From: a virus
Taxonomy: Duplodnaviria; Caudoviricetes
Direction: 5' to 3' (one strand)
Length of the DNA: 64,000 nt
Virus record (IMG/VR): IMGVR_UViG_3300020049_002269
Span: 2,188 to 66,187 of that record
How positions within the stretch are numbered: the stretch's first letter is position 1; each line of letters begins with the position of its first letter. The position numbers and the translations under genes are program-made. The notes below the pieces were generated by a model. The model was not told the DNA's origin. It saw only the letters and a list, made by a program, of their open reading frames with translations, and made no database searches. Shown one piece after another: positions 9,600 to 17,747 of this stretch.

Positions 9600-9773
9600 T
9601 TAGCAGACCGTACAGACCCGACGCAGAAACACCCCACTGAAAACCACCTCACCCCGGCGCTCGGCCTGGGAGGTGTAGACGCACACCCACTCGGCGCGCT
9701 CACGGCGAACCAGGTGCACGGTGTTACCGCTGGGCAAGCGCAGCGTCATGCCCACGACCAGCGCGCGGATCAT
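9600..9773 (-). CDS. Hypothetical protein (57 aa)
   Basis: MIRALVVGMTLRLPSGNTVHLVRR...; ATGA-coupled to the upstream 30-aa ORF. Confidence 0.5.
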   Translation of the reverse strand: MIRALVVGMTLRLPSGNTVHLVRRERAEWVCVYTSQAERRGEVVFSGVFLRRVCTVC

Positions 9774-9862
9774 TCCTGCCGCCCCGCAGTGAACCATGCA
9801 CAGCACAGGAACCCCATCAGGAAGCCCACCCAGGCTGCGACGACAGCGACAACCCACGTCAT
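9770..9862 (-). CDS. 30-aa membrane peptide
   Basis: MTWVVAVVAAWVGFLMGFLCCAWFTAGRQE; ATGA overlap with the regulator stop. Confidence 0.45.
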   Translation of the reverse strand: MTWVVAVVAAWVGFLMGFLCCAWFTAGRQE

Positions 9863-10203
9863 AACGGCAACTCCATCTGCACGTCGTCGACCATCTCGCC
9901 GCTGACGATGGGGAATTCGCTGACCACGGCACGCTCGCCCAGGCACTTGGCGGCGTACTGGCACGCCCGGCATGCCGCGCAGATGTCAGTGCGCACGATC
10001 TTTGGCAGTCGGCCCTTGCTGGCCTTGTGCATGGTCGCAGTGACGGCCTCGATCTTGCCCGCCGTCTCGGCGCTGCACTGACGGTGGCCGCCGCTGTACT
10101 GACGCAGCATGCCGACCGTGGTGCCTGCGCGCTCGGCCAGGAGCTTTTGCTCGTCTGTGGTGGCCGCAGCCATCCAGACCTTGATGGAGTTGATGGTTTT
10201 CAT
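9859..10203 (-). CDS. Cro/CI-like HTH transcriptional regulator
   Basis: LLAERAGTTVGMLRQYSGGHRQCSAETAGKIE HTH; first gene of the leftward operon at the divergence point. Confidence 0.7.
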   Translation of the reverse strand: MKTINSIKVWMAAATTDEQKLLAERAGTTVGMLRQYSGGHRQCSAETAGKIEAVTATMHKASKGRLPKIVRTDICAACRACQYAAKCLGERAVVSEFPIVSGEMVDDVQMELPL

Positions 10204-10348
10204 GGGCTAGACTTTAGCAGACAGTAAGGCCCTTGCACAGTCTGCTGCGCATCCGGTAGCATCCACACGCTGCAGCGCCAGGCGCGCTGGCTGTACGTGA
10301 TGGTGGGCGCCCCCCTGGCCTAGCTCGGGTTTGCGTTTAAGCAAGAAA

Positions 10349-10373
10349 GCCCCACCAAAGCGTGGGGTTTTTT
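10349..10373 (+). terminator. Intrinsic terminator
   Basis: GCCCCAC-CAAAGC-GTGGGGT followed by a T run. Confidence 0.6.
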
Positions 10374-10374
10374 G

Positions 10375-10402
10375 TTGACGGATGTTTAGCATGTGCTAAA
10401 GT
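10375..10402 (+). promoter_or_regulatory. Sigma70 promoter with overlapping palindromic operator
   Basis: TTGACG-N16-TAAAGT; operator TTTAGCATGTGCTAAA at 10385-10400. Confidence 0.65.
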
Positions 10403-10439
10403 TCAGACATCGACAACGCAAACGGAACGGAGCAGCAAA

Positions 10440-10748
10440 ATGGCACTCGACTTCAACGACGCAGAACAGACCCACTTCGGCTTGACCGTCAACGCCCCCT
10501 ACGTGACGTCTCGTGTCAGCTACCTGGGCGGCGAGGTCACCTTGATGGTGACTGTGTCTCTCGACAAGCGCAGCGACTGGGTAAACGGCATCTTGGAGAA
10601 CAGCCGCTACGCCAAGTTCTCGATCGAGAGCGACGGCACCATTGAGCACTTCTCCGGCAGTCTGCCGAAATTCCGCAAGTGCAAGGTTGTCGACCTCGAC
10701 AGCGCTGCCGCAAAGCTCAACACCTGGGTCAGAAAGATCGCCGCCTAA
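10440..10748 (+). CDS. Hypothetical early protein
   Basis: MALDFNDAEQTHF...; GGAG RBS in the conserved leader; true start is downstream of the track start. Confidence 0.65.
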   Translation: MALDFNDAEQTHFGLTVNAPYVTSRVSYLGGEVTLMVTVSLDKRSDWVNGILENSRYAKFSIESDGTIEHFSGSLPKFRKCKVVDLDSAAAKLNTWVRKIAA

Positions 10749-10753
10749 ACGCC

Positions 10754-10948
10754 ATGACCAACCCCTTCAGCCCCACCTACAAACCGCAGATCGACATCAG
10801 CGATCTGATCAAAGAGAGCAAGCAAAGCCAGGACCGAAGCGCACGCCGCAGTGCGCAGTTGGAATCGGGCGACGCTGCTGCCGTCAAGCAGGCCAAGGGT
10901 GGCATCAGCGTGACGGTGTGGCCCAAGACGAAAGGCAAACGCAAATGA
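10754..10948 (+). CDS. Hypothetical early protein
   Basis: MTNPFSPTYKPQID...; ATGA-coupled to the next ORF. Confidence 0.5.
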   Translation: MTNPFSPTYKPQIDISDLIKESKQSQDRSARRSAQLESGDAAAVKQAKGGISVTVWPKTKGKRK

Positions 10949-11070
10949 CCCGCGAACAAGTCTCCCTGGCCCTCGAGGCCGCGCTCAAGCAGATCCGCTT
11001 CCAGGCGATGCTCAAGCCCCACGTGCAGACCCGCAGCCAACAGCGCCGAGCCAACTGGTTGCGCGGATAA
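10945..11070 (+). CDS. Hypothetical early protein (41 aa)
   Basis: MTREQVSLALEAALKQIRFQ...; coupled start. Confidence 0.45.
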   Translation: MTREQVSLALEAALKQIRFQAMLKPHVQTRSQQRRANWLRG

Positions 11071-11155
11071 CCAAGCAACGCGAAGGGTCTTTAGCCCCAG
11101 AAGCGTTTAGCAGGTGCTACACTCGAATCAAATCAAAACAACTTGAAAGACAGAC

Positions 11156-11521
11156 ATGGACGTCATCGTGAACATCGGCCTGGCCCGTCAAGGTAAGAGC
11201 AACATCGCCATCGGGACCGTGCTGCGTGAGGTCGCCTCCCACGGTTTCGAGGTGGTCGAGCACATCACCCTCGAGAGCGACACCGAACCCACGGTGGTGG
11301 CCCGTCTTCGCACCGTGCAGTCCTGGGCTACCGTCCAGCGCCGTGTGCACTACCTCTCCCTGCTGCTGGGCCAAGACTGCATCGCAGTCTACGAGTTGAG
11401 CCTGGGCAAGGGCGCGCTGTGCGGTCCCCGCGCTTCCGAGTGGGGCACCTTCAACCCTGACTTCTTCCTGCTGTTCGACAACAGCCGCCTCTCGCAACAC
11501 CTGCAGGCCTTCGCGGCCTGA
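11156..11521 (+). CDS. Hypothetical early protein, possibly SAM-lyase-like
   Basis: 121 aa with EPTVV...LGQDCIAVY motif; preceded by an operator and a -10 box. Confidence 0.5.
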   Translation: MDVIVNIGLARQGKSNIAIGTVLREVASHGFEVVEHITLESDTEPTVVARLRTVQSWATVQRRVHYLSLLLGQDCIAVYELSLGKGALCGPRASEWGTFNPDFFLLFDNSRLSQHLQAFAA

Positions 11522-11567
11522 TCCCTGCCACAATCTCCTCTCCAATCACCTCAAAAAGGACTTCACC

Positions 11568-11843
11568 ATGAACGATCTGAACACCATCAACCGCCTGAAC
11601 GCCGAGCGTTTCGCCGATCCCGTCGACAGCGCCCGCGCCAACGGCAAGCACGTCCTGGTCTACAAGAGTGGCCTGAGCGTCACCGAGATCAAGACCTTCG
11701 ACACCGCCGAGGAGGTCCAGGAAGTGGCCGCGGCAGACGGCGACCTGGCCGCCGGCGTGACCCGCCACTACTTGGCCCCGACCGCTCGCCCGTCGAGCAA
11801 CGACCAAACCCTGGCGGACTACGTCGCCCGCAAGACGGCCTGA
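11568..11843 (+). CDS. Hypothetical protein
   Basis: 91-aa ORF with AAGGA RBS. Confidence 0.6.
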   Translation: MNDLNTINRLNAERFADPVDSARANGKHVLVYKSGLSVTEIKTFDTAEEVQEVAAADGDLAAGVTRHYLAPTARPSSNDQTLADYVARKTA

Positions 11844-11940
11844 CCCACCTGCCCGGCTCCGGCCGGGCTCACCCTAAAAAATTTTGCCTTGTTGATGTAG
11901 CAGTCGCTACAATGTGCGTTCCAAACTGTAAAGGCCCATC

Positions 11941-12411
11941 ATGATCCAAGTCACACTGACCTTCGTCTCCATCGAGGCATTGCGCGCCGCGCTGCTGGAG
12001 ATCCCAGAGACCTCGCTGGTCGGCAGCCACCTGACCGCCACGGTCACCCTGCCGCCAAAGGAGGACGCTGCCCCAAAGTCGAGCAAGGCAGCCAAGAGCA
12101 CCGCTGCCGCGACACCGGTGGCCGCTGCGTCTACCCAGCCTACTGCCGAGGCGGCTGCGGAGACCGCTGCGCCCGAGAAGACGGCCGCCGAATCCAGCCC
12201 CACTGCCGCACCTGCGGAGGCCGCACAGCCAGCCTCGACTGCTGTTGACTACCCAACCCTGCAAAAGGCCGTGTTCGCACTGGCAGGCAAGTCCCGCGAT
12301 GCCGCCGCTGCAGTGGCTGCCAGCTTTGGCGTCAAGACCTTCAAGGAACTGGACAGCAGCAAGTGGGGCGAAGCCCTGGCCGCTGTGCAGGCCAAGACTG
12401 CGGAGCTGTAA
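11941..12411 (+). CDS. Ala-rich hypothetical protein preceding DUF2800
   Basis: Low-complexity linker plus C-terminal LQKAVFAL...FGVKTFKELDSSKW domain; usual position in this phage group. Confidence 0.65.
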   Translation: MIQVTLTFVSIEALRAALLEIPETSLVGSHLTATVTLPPKEDAAPKSSKAAKSTAAATPVAAASTQPTAEAAAETAAPEKTAAESSPTAAPAEAAQPASTAVDYPTLQKAVFALAGKSRDAAAAVAASFGVKTFKELDSSKWGEALAAVQAKTAEL

Positions 12412-13665
12412 ATGACCGAAGCCGCCCATAGCAAGTACAGCGCCAGCGGGTTCGAGGCGGCCCGCCTGTGCCCTGGCAAGCCGGTGATGGAAGCCGGTAA
12501 GCCCGACTCGTCCAGCGCGTTTGCGCGGGAAGGTACCGCCGCGCATTCCGTGCTCGAGATGTGCCTGACCAACAACCAGCGCGCAGGGGCCTACCTCGGC
12601 CGCCTGATCGAGGTCGAGGGCGACAAGATCGAGGTCGATGACGAGATGGTCGACCACCTCAACTGGTGCCTCGACACGATCGCCGATTACGCCGGCGACG
12701 ACGGCCTGGTCATGGCCGAGACCCGGGTGAACTACGCCGAAGACATCGGTGTCGAGCATCACGAAGCATGGGGCACGTCCGACGTGATCATCGTGCGCGG
12801 GTCCGAGGCAATTTCGGTCGATCTAAAATTCGGCCGCGGTGTCGAGGTCGATGCTGACTGCGACCAGACCAAGCTCTACCTGCTGGGCACCGTGCGCCAG
12901 GTCGACGGCCTGGTGGCCGACATCACCCACTGCCGTGCCGTCATCCTGCAGCCTCGCCTGAAGCGGTCGCCCTCTGAGTGGGACTGCAGCGTTGACGACC
13001 TGCGCAAGTGGGCCGGCACCGTGGCGTGGGATGCTGTCGAGAAGCGCGAGGCTGCACGCACCGCAGGTGGTCGAGAGGAGTTCGCCCAGTACCTCAACCC
13101 CAACGAGAAGTCGTGCAAGTTCTGCAAGGCCAAAGCCACCTGCCCTGCCCTGCGCGATGACCTGACCAGCACCGTGGCGCACACCACTTCCGCGAGCCCC
13201 GACGAGTTCGCCGACATCGCCGCGCCCAGCGTGAGCGATGCCACCGACCAGGACTGGCTCGAGGCCATGGTGGCCAAGGCCGACATGTTCGAGGACCTGC
13301 TCAAGGCAGCGCGCGCCGAGCTCGAGCGCCGCCTGCTGGCTGGCACCCCGTCCACCCGTTTCAAGGTCGTGCAGGGCAAGCGTGGTAACCGCCAGTGGTC
13401 TGACCCGAAGGCCGCCGAGCAGATGCTCAAGACCTTCCGCGTCAAGATCGAGGACATGTACGACATGAAGTTGATCAGCCCGACCAGCGCCGACAAGTTG
13501 GCCAAGGCCGAGGTCATCGGCAAACGCCAGTGGCCCAAGCTGGCCGAGCTCATCGTGCAGAACGACGGCAAGCCGCATGTAGCCCCTGCCAGCGATCCGC
13601 GCCCCGCGCTCGACATCCGCCCTGCTGTCGACGACTTTGAAAATGTTGCCGACGACCTTGCATAA
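12412..13665 (+). CDS. DUF2800 Cas4-like PD-(D/E)xK nuclease
   Basis: HSKYSAS...CP, EGTAAH, WGTSD..I, VDLKFGRG, CKFCKAKATCP. Confidence 0.85.
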   Translation: MTEAAHSKYSASGFEAARLCPGKPVMEAGKPDSSSAFAREGTAAHSVLEMCLTNNQRAGAYLGRLIEVEGDKIEVDDEMVDHLNWCLDTIADYAGDDGLVMAETRVNYAEDIGVEHHEAWGTSDVIIVRGSEAISVDLKFGRGVEVDADCDQTKLYLLGTVRQVDGLVADITHCRAVILQPRLKRSPSEWDCSVDDLRKWAGTVAWDAVEKREAARTAGGREEFAQYLNPNEKSCKFCKAKATCPALRDDLTSTVAHTTSASPDEFADIAAPSVSDATDQDWLEAMVAKADMFEDLLKAARAELERRLLAGTPSTRFKVVQGKRGNRQWSDPKAAEQMLKTFRVKIEDMYDMKLISPTSADKLAKAEVIGKRQWPKLAELIVQNDGKPHVAPASDPRPALDIRPAVDDFENVADDLA

Positions 13666-13726
13666 CCTGTAGCGCGTGCTACAATCCATCCTGTATCAAT
13701 TGCTTAACACTGAAAGGCAAACACCC

Positions 13727-14302
13727 ATGTCCACCAACCAACCTCTCGGCCGCATCCTGCTCAAGGACGTGCGCCTGGCATTCCCCAACCTGTTCGAGCC
13801 CACCACCGTGGCTGGCGAAGGCAAGCCCCGCTACAGTGCTACCCTGTTGTTCCCGGTTGACCACCCGCAGCTCGCCGACATCAAGACCAAGATCGACGCA
13901 CTGGCCAAGGACAAGTGGCGCGAGAAGGCCGCAGGCATCCTGTCGGGCCTGTACAAGACCGGCAAGGTCGCGCTGCACGACGGCGACGAGAAGGCTCAGT
14001 ACGATGGCTTCAGTGGCAACATGTTCGTCGCTGCCGCGTCTCAGGAAAACGCCCCGCCCACGGTGATCGACCAGGCCCGCAACGCGCTCACCGCCAAGAG
14101 CGGCAAGCCCTACGCTGGCTGCTACGTCAACGCGTCGTTGGAGTTCTGGGTGCAGGACAACCAATGGGGCAAGCGCGTGAACTGCACACTGCGCGGCGTG
14201 CAGTTCCTGCGTGACGGTGACAGCTTCAGCGCAGGCCGCCCGGCTGATGCTGACGAGTTTGAAGAAGTCACGGAAGGCGCAGGCGCTGACGACTTCGCGT
14301 AA
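13727..14302 (+). CDS. DUF2815 ssDNA-binding protein
   Basis: VRLAFPNLFEP, KPRYSATLL, YAGCYVNASLEFW, LRGVQFLRDGD, acidic C-terminal tail; start MSTNQP with GAAAGG RBS. Confidence 0.88.
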   Translation: MSTNQPLGRILLKDVRLAFPNLFEPTTVAGEGKPRYSATLLFPVDHPQLADIKTKIDALAKDKWREKAAGILSGLYKTGKVALHDGDEKAQYDGFSGNMFVAAASQENAPPTVIDQARNALTAKSGKPYAGCYVNASLEFWVQDNQWGKRVNCTLRGVQFLRDGDSFSAGRPADADEFEEVTEGAGADDFA

Positions 14303-14307
14303 CTGCC

Positions 14308-14325
14308 CAGCCCCTTCGGGGGCTG
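14308..14325 (+). terminator. Hairpin/terminator after SSB
   Basis: CAGCCCC-TTCG-GGGGCTG followed by TTT. Confidence 0.5.
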
Positions 14326-14412
14326 TTTGGTGTGCCGCCCGGTTGGATTCCCGGCGCGCAGGGTTCGACTCCCGTCTGCTGACTGAATGGCGCAGGCGGC
14401 ACACCAAACAGC
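14322..14412 (+). ncRNA. Structured RNA candidate with T-loop-like hairpin
   Basis: Perfect 18-bp stem 14322-14339 / 14395-14412 enclosing CGG-TTGGATTC-CCG and GGG-TTCGACT-CCC hairpins. Confidence 0.45.
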
Positions 14413-14587
14413 GGGACCTCGACTCCTTGTGCGGCCATCGGCACCAGCCGCAACCCAGGCCCAGCATGCTACCCACGCACCGCCCGCAGGCGTCATCTTC
14501 GGGCGTGGGATGCACAAACCCTATCGAGGTCGTAAGAACGCACTGGGAATGCTGGGCAACGGGCCGACCAATTTTGAAAGCGATGAG

Positions 14588-16678
14588 ATGACGATCCTCT
14601 GGTTTGACTGCGAGACCTTTTCTGAGTGCGACCTCAAGAGCGCCGGCACGCACCGATATGCCGAGCACCCCAGCACCTGCATCACGGTCGCCCAGTGGGC
14701 CGTCGACGACGGCGAGCCACAGGTCGTGGACTGTACCGCGCCTGGCCGGGTCACCGAACTCAACATCGGAATCCTGCGTGATTTCCTGAGCGAGCCGCAC
14801 GTCACCGTCATCGCGCACAACAGCATGTTCGACCGCACCCTGCTGCGCCACTGCTGGGGCATTGATGTGCCGGTCGAGCGCTGGCAGGACACGATGATCA
14901 AGGCCATGGCGCATGGCCTGCCCGGCAGCCTGGACAAGATCGGCCAGATCGTCGGCCTCGAAGCCGACCAGGCCAAGGACAAACGTGGGCGCGAGCTGAT
15001 CCAACTCTTTTGCAAGCCGCGCCCAAAGAACAGCACCCTGCGCCGCGCCACGCGCGAGACGCACCCGAAAGAATGGAATGAGTTTCTCGAATACAGCCGG
15101 CAAGACATCGTCGCCATGCGCGCGATCGACCGGCGCCTGCCCAGCTGGAACTACCGCGCCGGCCACCCTGAGCTGGCTCTGTGGCACCTCGACCAGCGAA
15201 TCAACGATCGCGGTGTTGCGGTTGATCTCGACCTGGCCCGATCCGCGATCGCTGCCGTTGATCGAGAGCAAAAGCGCCTCAAGGCCGAGGTCACCACGCA
15301 GACCGATGGGTTGGTGACCAACGCCAGCCAGCGCGACAACCTGCTGTCGTTCATCTGCGCCGAGTACGGTGTCGACCTGCCTGACCTCAAGGCCGACACG
15401 CTGCGCCGCCGCGTCGAGGACGTGAACCTGCCCGAAGGCGTGCGCCTGCTGCTCTCCCTGCGCCTCGAGGCCACCAAGACCTCGACCGCCAAGTACAAAG
15501 CGCTGGTCAACGCGACCAGCACGGACGGCCGCCTGCGCAACACCCTGCAGTTCGCCGGTGCACAGCGCACCGCCCGCTGGGCCGGTCGGATCTTCCAGCC
15601 CCAGAACATGCCGCGCCCGGACATGAAGCAGGGCCAGATCGACGAGGGCATCGACGCGCTGAAGGCCGACTGCGCCGAGCTGTTCTTCGACAACGTCATG
15701 CGCCTGACGGCCAACATCGTGCGGGGCTGCATCGTGGCGCCGCCGGGCAAGAAGCTGGTGATCGCCGACTTGTCCAACATCGAAGGCCGGGGGCTTGCGT
15801 TCCTGGCCGGTGAGCGCTGGAAGCTCAAGGCGTTCGCCGACTTCGACGCGGGCATCGGCGAGGACCTCTACAAGGTGGCCTATGGTCGCTCGTTCAACAT
15901 CGACCCCAAGGAAGCCACCGGACAGAAGCGCCAGATCGGAAAGGTCATGGAGCTGGGCCTGGGCTACGAGGGCGGCGTCGCTGCGTTCCTGACCTTCGCC
16001 GCGGTCTACAACATGGACCTCGCGGACCTGGCCAAGGCCGTGTGGTCGACGGCCAGCGCCGAAGCGCTCGACAACGCCAAGGGCATGTGGTCATGGGCGC
16101 AGAAAAAGAAGCGCACCCTGGGCCTGCCGATGGAGGTCTATGTCGCCTGCGAGGTGCTCAAGGCCGCGTGGCGAGAGGCGCACGCCGCGACCAAAGCGCT
16201 GTGGGCTGCCGCCGGTGACGCTGTGCGCTTGGCCATCAAGAACCCAGGCGAGACCTTCCCCATCGGTCAGCACCTCAAGGCCCGCCGCGATGGCGCCTGG
16301 CTGCGCATCCGCCTGCCCAGCGGCCGCTACCTCTGCTACATCCACCCCGACGTCGATGACGATGGCCAGATCACCTACTTCGGTGTCAACCAGTACACCC
16401 GCCAATGGGGTCGCATCAAGACCTACGGGGGCAAGCTCGTCGAGAACGCCACCCAGGCTTTTGCCCGTGACGTGCTGGCGGCGAACATGCCGCTGATTGA
16501 AGCGTGCGGCTACGAGATCGTGCTCTCAGTGCACGACGAACTGCTGACCGAGACGCCTGACAGTCCCGAGTTCACGGTCGACGCCTTGGCCAAGATGATG
16601 TCGCACGCACCACCCTGGGCGAAGGGCCTGCCGCTCGCTGCTGCTGGTTTTGAGTGCACCCGCTACCGCAAAGACTGA
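14588..16678 (+). CDS. Family A DNA polymerase
   Basis: Exo motif LWFDCETFS, TARWAGR..QPQN, IADLSNIEGR, RQIGKVMELGLGYEGG, LSVHDELL; start MTILWFD. Confidence 0.93.
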   Translation: MTILWFDCETFSECDLKSAGTHRYAEHPSTCITVAQWAVDDGEPQVVDCTAPGRVTELNIGILRDFLSEPHVTVIAHNSMFDRTLLRHCWGIDVPVERWQDTMIKAMAHGLPGSLDKIGQIVGLEADQAKDKRGRELIQLFCKPRPKNSTLRRATRETHPKEWNEFLEYSRQDIVAMRAIDRRLPSWNYRAGHPELALWHLDQRINDRGVAVDLDLARSAIAAVDREQKRLKAEVTTQTDGLVTNASQRDNLLSFICAEYGVDLPDLKADTLRRRVEDVNLPEGVRLLLSLRLEATKTSTAKYKALVNATSTDGRLRNTLQFAGAQRTARWAGRIFQPQNMPRPDMKQGQIDEGIDALKADCAELFFDNVMRLTANIVRGCIVAPPGKKLVIADLSNIEGRGLAFLAGERWKLKAFADFDAGIGEDLYKVAYGRSFNIDPKEATGQKRQIGKVMELGLGYEGGVAAFLTFAAVYNMDLADLAKAVWSTASAEALDNAKGMWSWAQKKKRTLGLPMEVYVACEVLKAAWREAHAATKALWAAAGDAVRLAIKNPGETFPIGQHLKARRDGAWLRIRLPSGRYLCYIHPDVDDDGQITYFGVNQYTRQWGRIKTYGGKLVENATQAFARDVLAANMPLIEACGYEIVLSVHDELLTETPDSPEFTVDALAKMMSHAPPWAKGLPLAAAGFECTRYRKD

Positions 16679-16686
16679 CCCACAAA

Positions 16687-16741
16687 ACCCCACCCCCGCG
16701 TGGGGTCTTTTGCTTTTGAAGGCTTTAGCATGTGCTACATT
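16687..16741 (+). promoter_or_regulatory. Terminator hairpin followed by operator and -10 box
   Basis: ACCCCAC-CCCCGC-GTGGGGT-CTTTT, then TTTAGCATGTGCTACA (16724-16739) overlapping TACATT; same layout as 10349-10402. Confidence 0.6.
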
Positions 16742-16747
16742 CATTCC

Positions 16748-16978
16748 ATGAACTGCTGCAACCGCAACTGCAACCAAGGGCGCAACTGCCCGCAACGAAA
16801 GCCATACATGGAACCCACGCGCAAGCACCCCCGCACCCTGCAAGAGGCGTTCGGCCCCTACACCGACGACCGCATCGAGGAGCCGCTGCGCCCCCTCGAC
16901 CGTGCCGACAAGATCGAGGCGTTTGTCTTCGTTGTCATCGGCGTCGCCACGCTGGCCGTGCTGTGGATCTGGGGCTGA
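16748..16978 (+). CDS. Hypothetical protein with Cys-rich N-terminus and C-terminal TM helix
   Basis: MNCCNRNCNQGRNCP...AFVFVVIGVATLAVLWIWG. Confidence 0.5.
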   Translation: MNCCNRNCNQGRNCPQRKPYMEPTRKHPRTLQEAFGPYTDDRIEEPLRPLDRADKIEAFVFVVIGVATLAVLWIWG

Positions 16979-16980
16979 CC

Positions 16981-17316
16981 ATGCTAGAGCGAGACATCGA
17001 GAAGTACCTGGTGCGCCGGGCGGAAGCGCTGGGCGGCGAGGTGCGCAAGGTCGCATGGGTCGGCCGTCAGGGTGCGCCCGATCGGTTGGTGATGTTGCCG
17101 AGCACCATCAAGTTCACGGGCGAACTATTCTCCCGCGCCTACGGCAGTGCGCCCCGCACCATCTGGATCGAGCTCAAGAACCCCGAGACCATCAAGACCT
17201 TCCCTGCCAACGCCCATGAGCGAGCCCAGAAGCGCGAGCACGACCGCATGCGCAAGATGGGCCAGCGCGTGGAAGTGATCGGCACCCTTGAACAAGTTGA
17301 CGCCCTGCTCTCATGA
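16981..17316 (+). CDS. VRR-NUC domain nuclease
   Basis: MLERDIEK...GAPDRLV...IWIELK...Q.REHDRMRKMGQRVEVI. Confidence 0.85.
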   Translation: MLERDIEKYLVRRAEALGGEVRKVAWVGRQGAPDRLVMLPSTIKFTGELFSRAYGSAPRTIWIELKNPETIKTFPANAHERAQKREHDRMRKMGQRVEVIGTLEQVDALLS

Positions 17317-17747
17317 ACATCACCGACCTCATCGCCCGCGCTGCCAGCGGCAACAGCAAGATCGCCAGCCAGAAACAGGCTTACATGCGCATTCAGTTGA
17401 GCAACCACAGCGCGCTCACTGCGCTGGCTGAGGGCACCGCCACCCGGCTCGACGTCGACCAGTTGATCGCCGCGCGCAACATGGCCGAGGCTTTGCGTAG
17501 CGTGGCCAGGCTTGGCATGCACCACAAAGAGATCCTGGCCGAAGGCCACATGGCTCTGATCGAGGTCGGCAAGCGCACACTCGCAGACGGCAAGCCCAGT
17601 GCCACGCCCGAGGAGATCGCCGCCCTCACCGACCTGCTCGAGTTGCACGACCTGCAGCTCGAGCAGACCACCGTCATCCAGATGGAGCGTGCAATCCGCT
17701 TGGTCAAGGACCGCGTGCGCTCGGGCCAGGTGAGCCGGATCAAATGA
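17313..17747 (+). CDS. Hypothetical helical protein (apparent homolog of 63070-63555)
   Basis: ATGA coupling on both sides; LTDLLELHDLQLEQTT motif. Confidence 0.6.
   Translation: MNITDLIARAASGNSKIASQKQAYMRIQLSNHSALTALAEGTATRLDVDQLIAARNMAEALRSVARLGMHHKEILAEGHMALIEVGKRTLADGKPSATPEEIAALTDLLELHDLQLEQTTVIQMERAIRLVKDRVRSGQVSRIK

Noticed and set aside
12412-13665. CRISPR-associated cas4
   Set aside because: The DUF2800-DUF2815-polA context is a standard phage replication module
14387-14587. N-terminal extension of the DNA polymerase given by the ORF track (similarly 52829-52906 for the primase)
   Set aside because: The exonuclease motif begins right after ATG 14588 and the upstream part is structured non-coding sequence; the primase extension overlaps its promoter region
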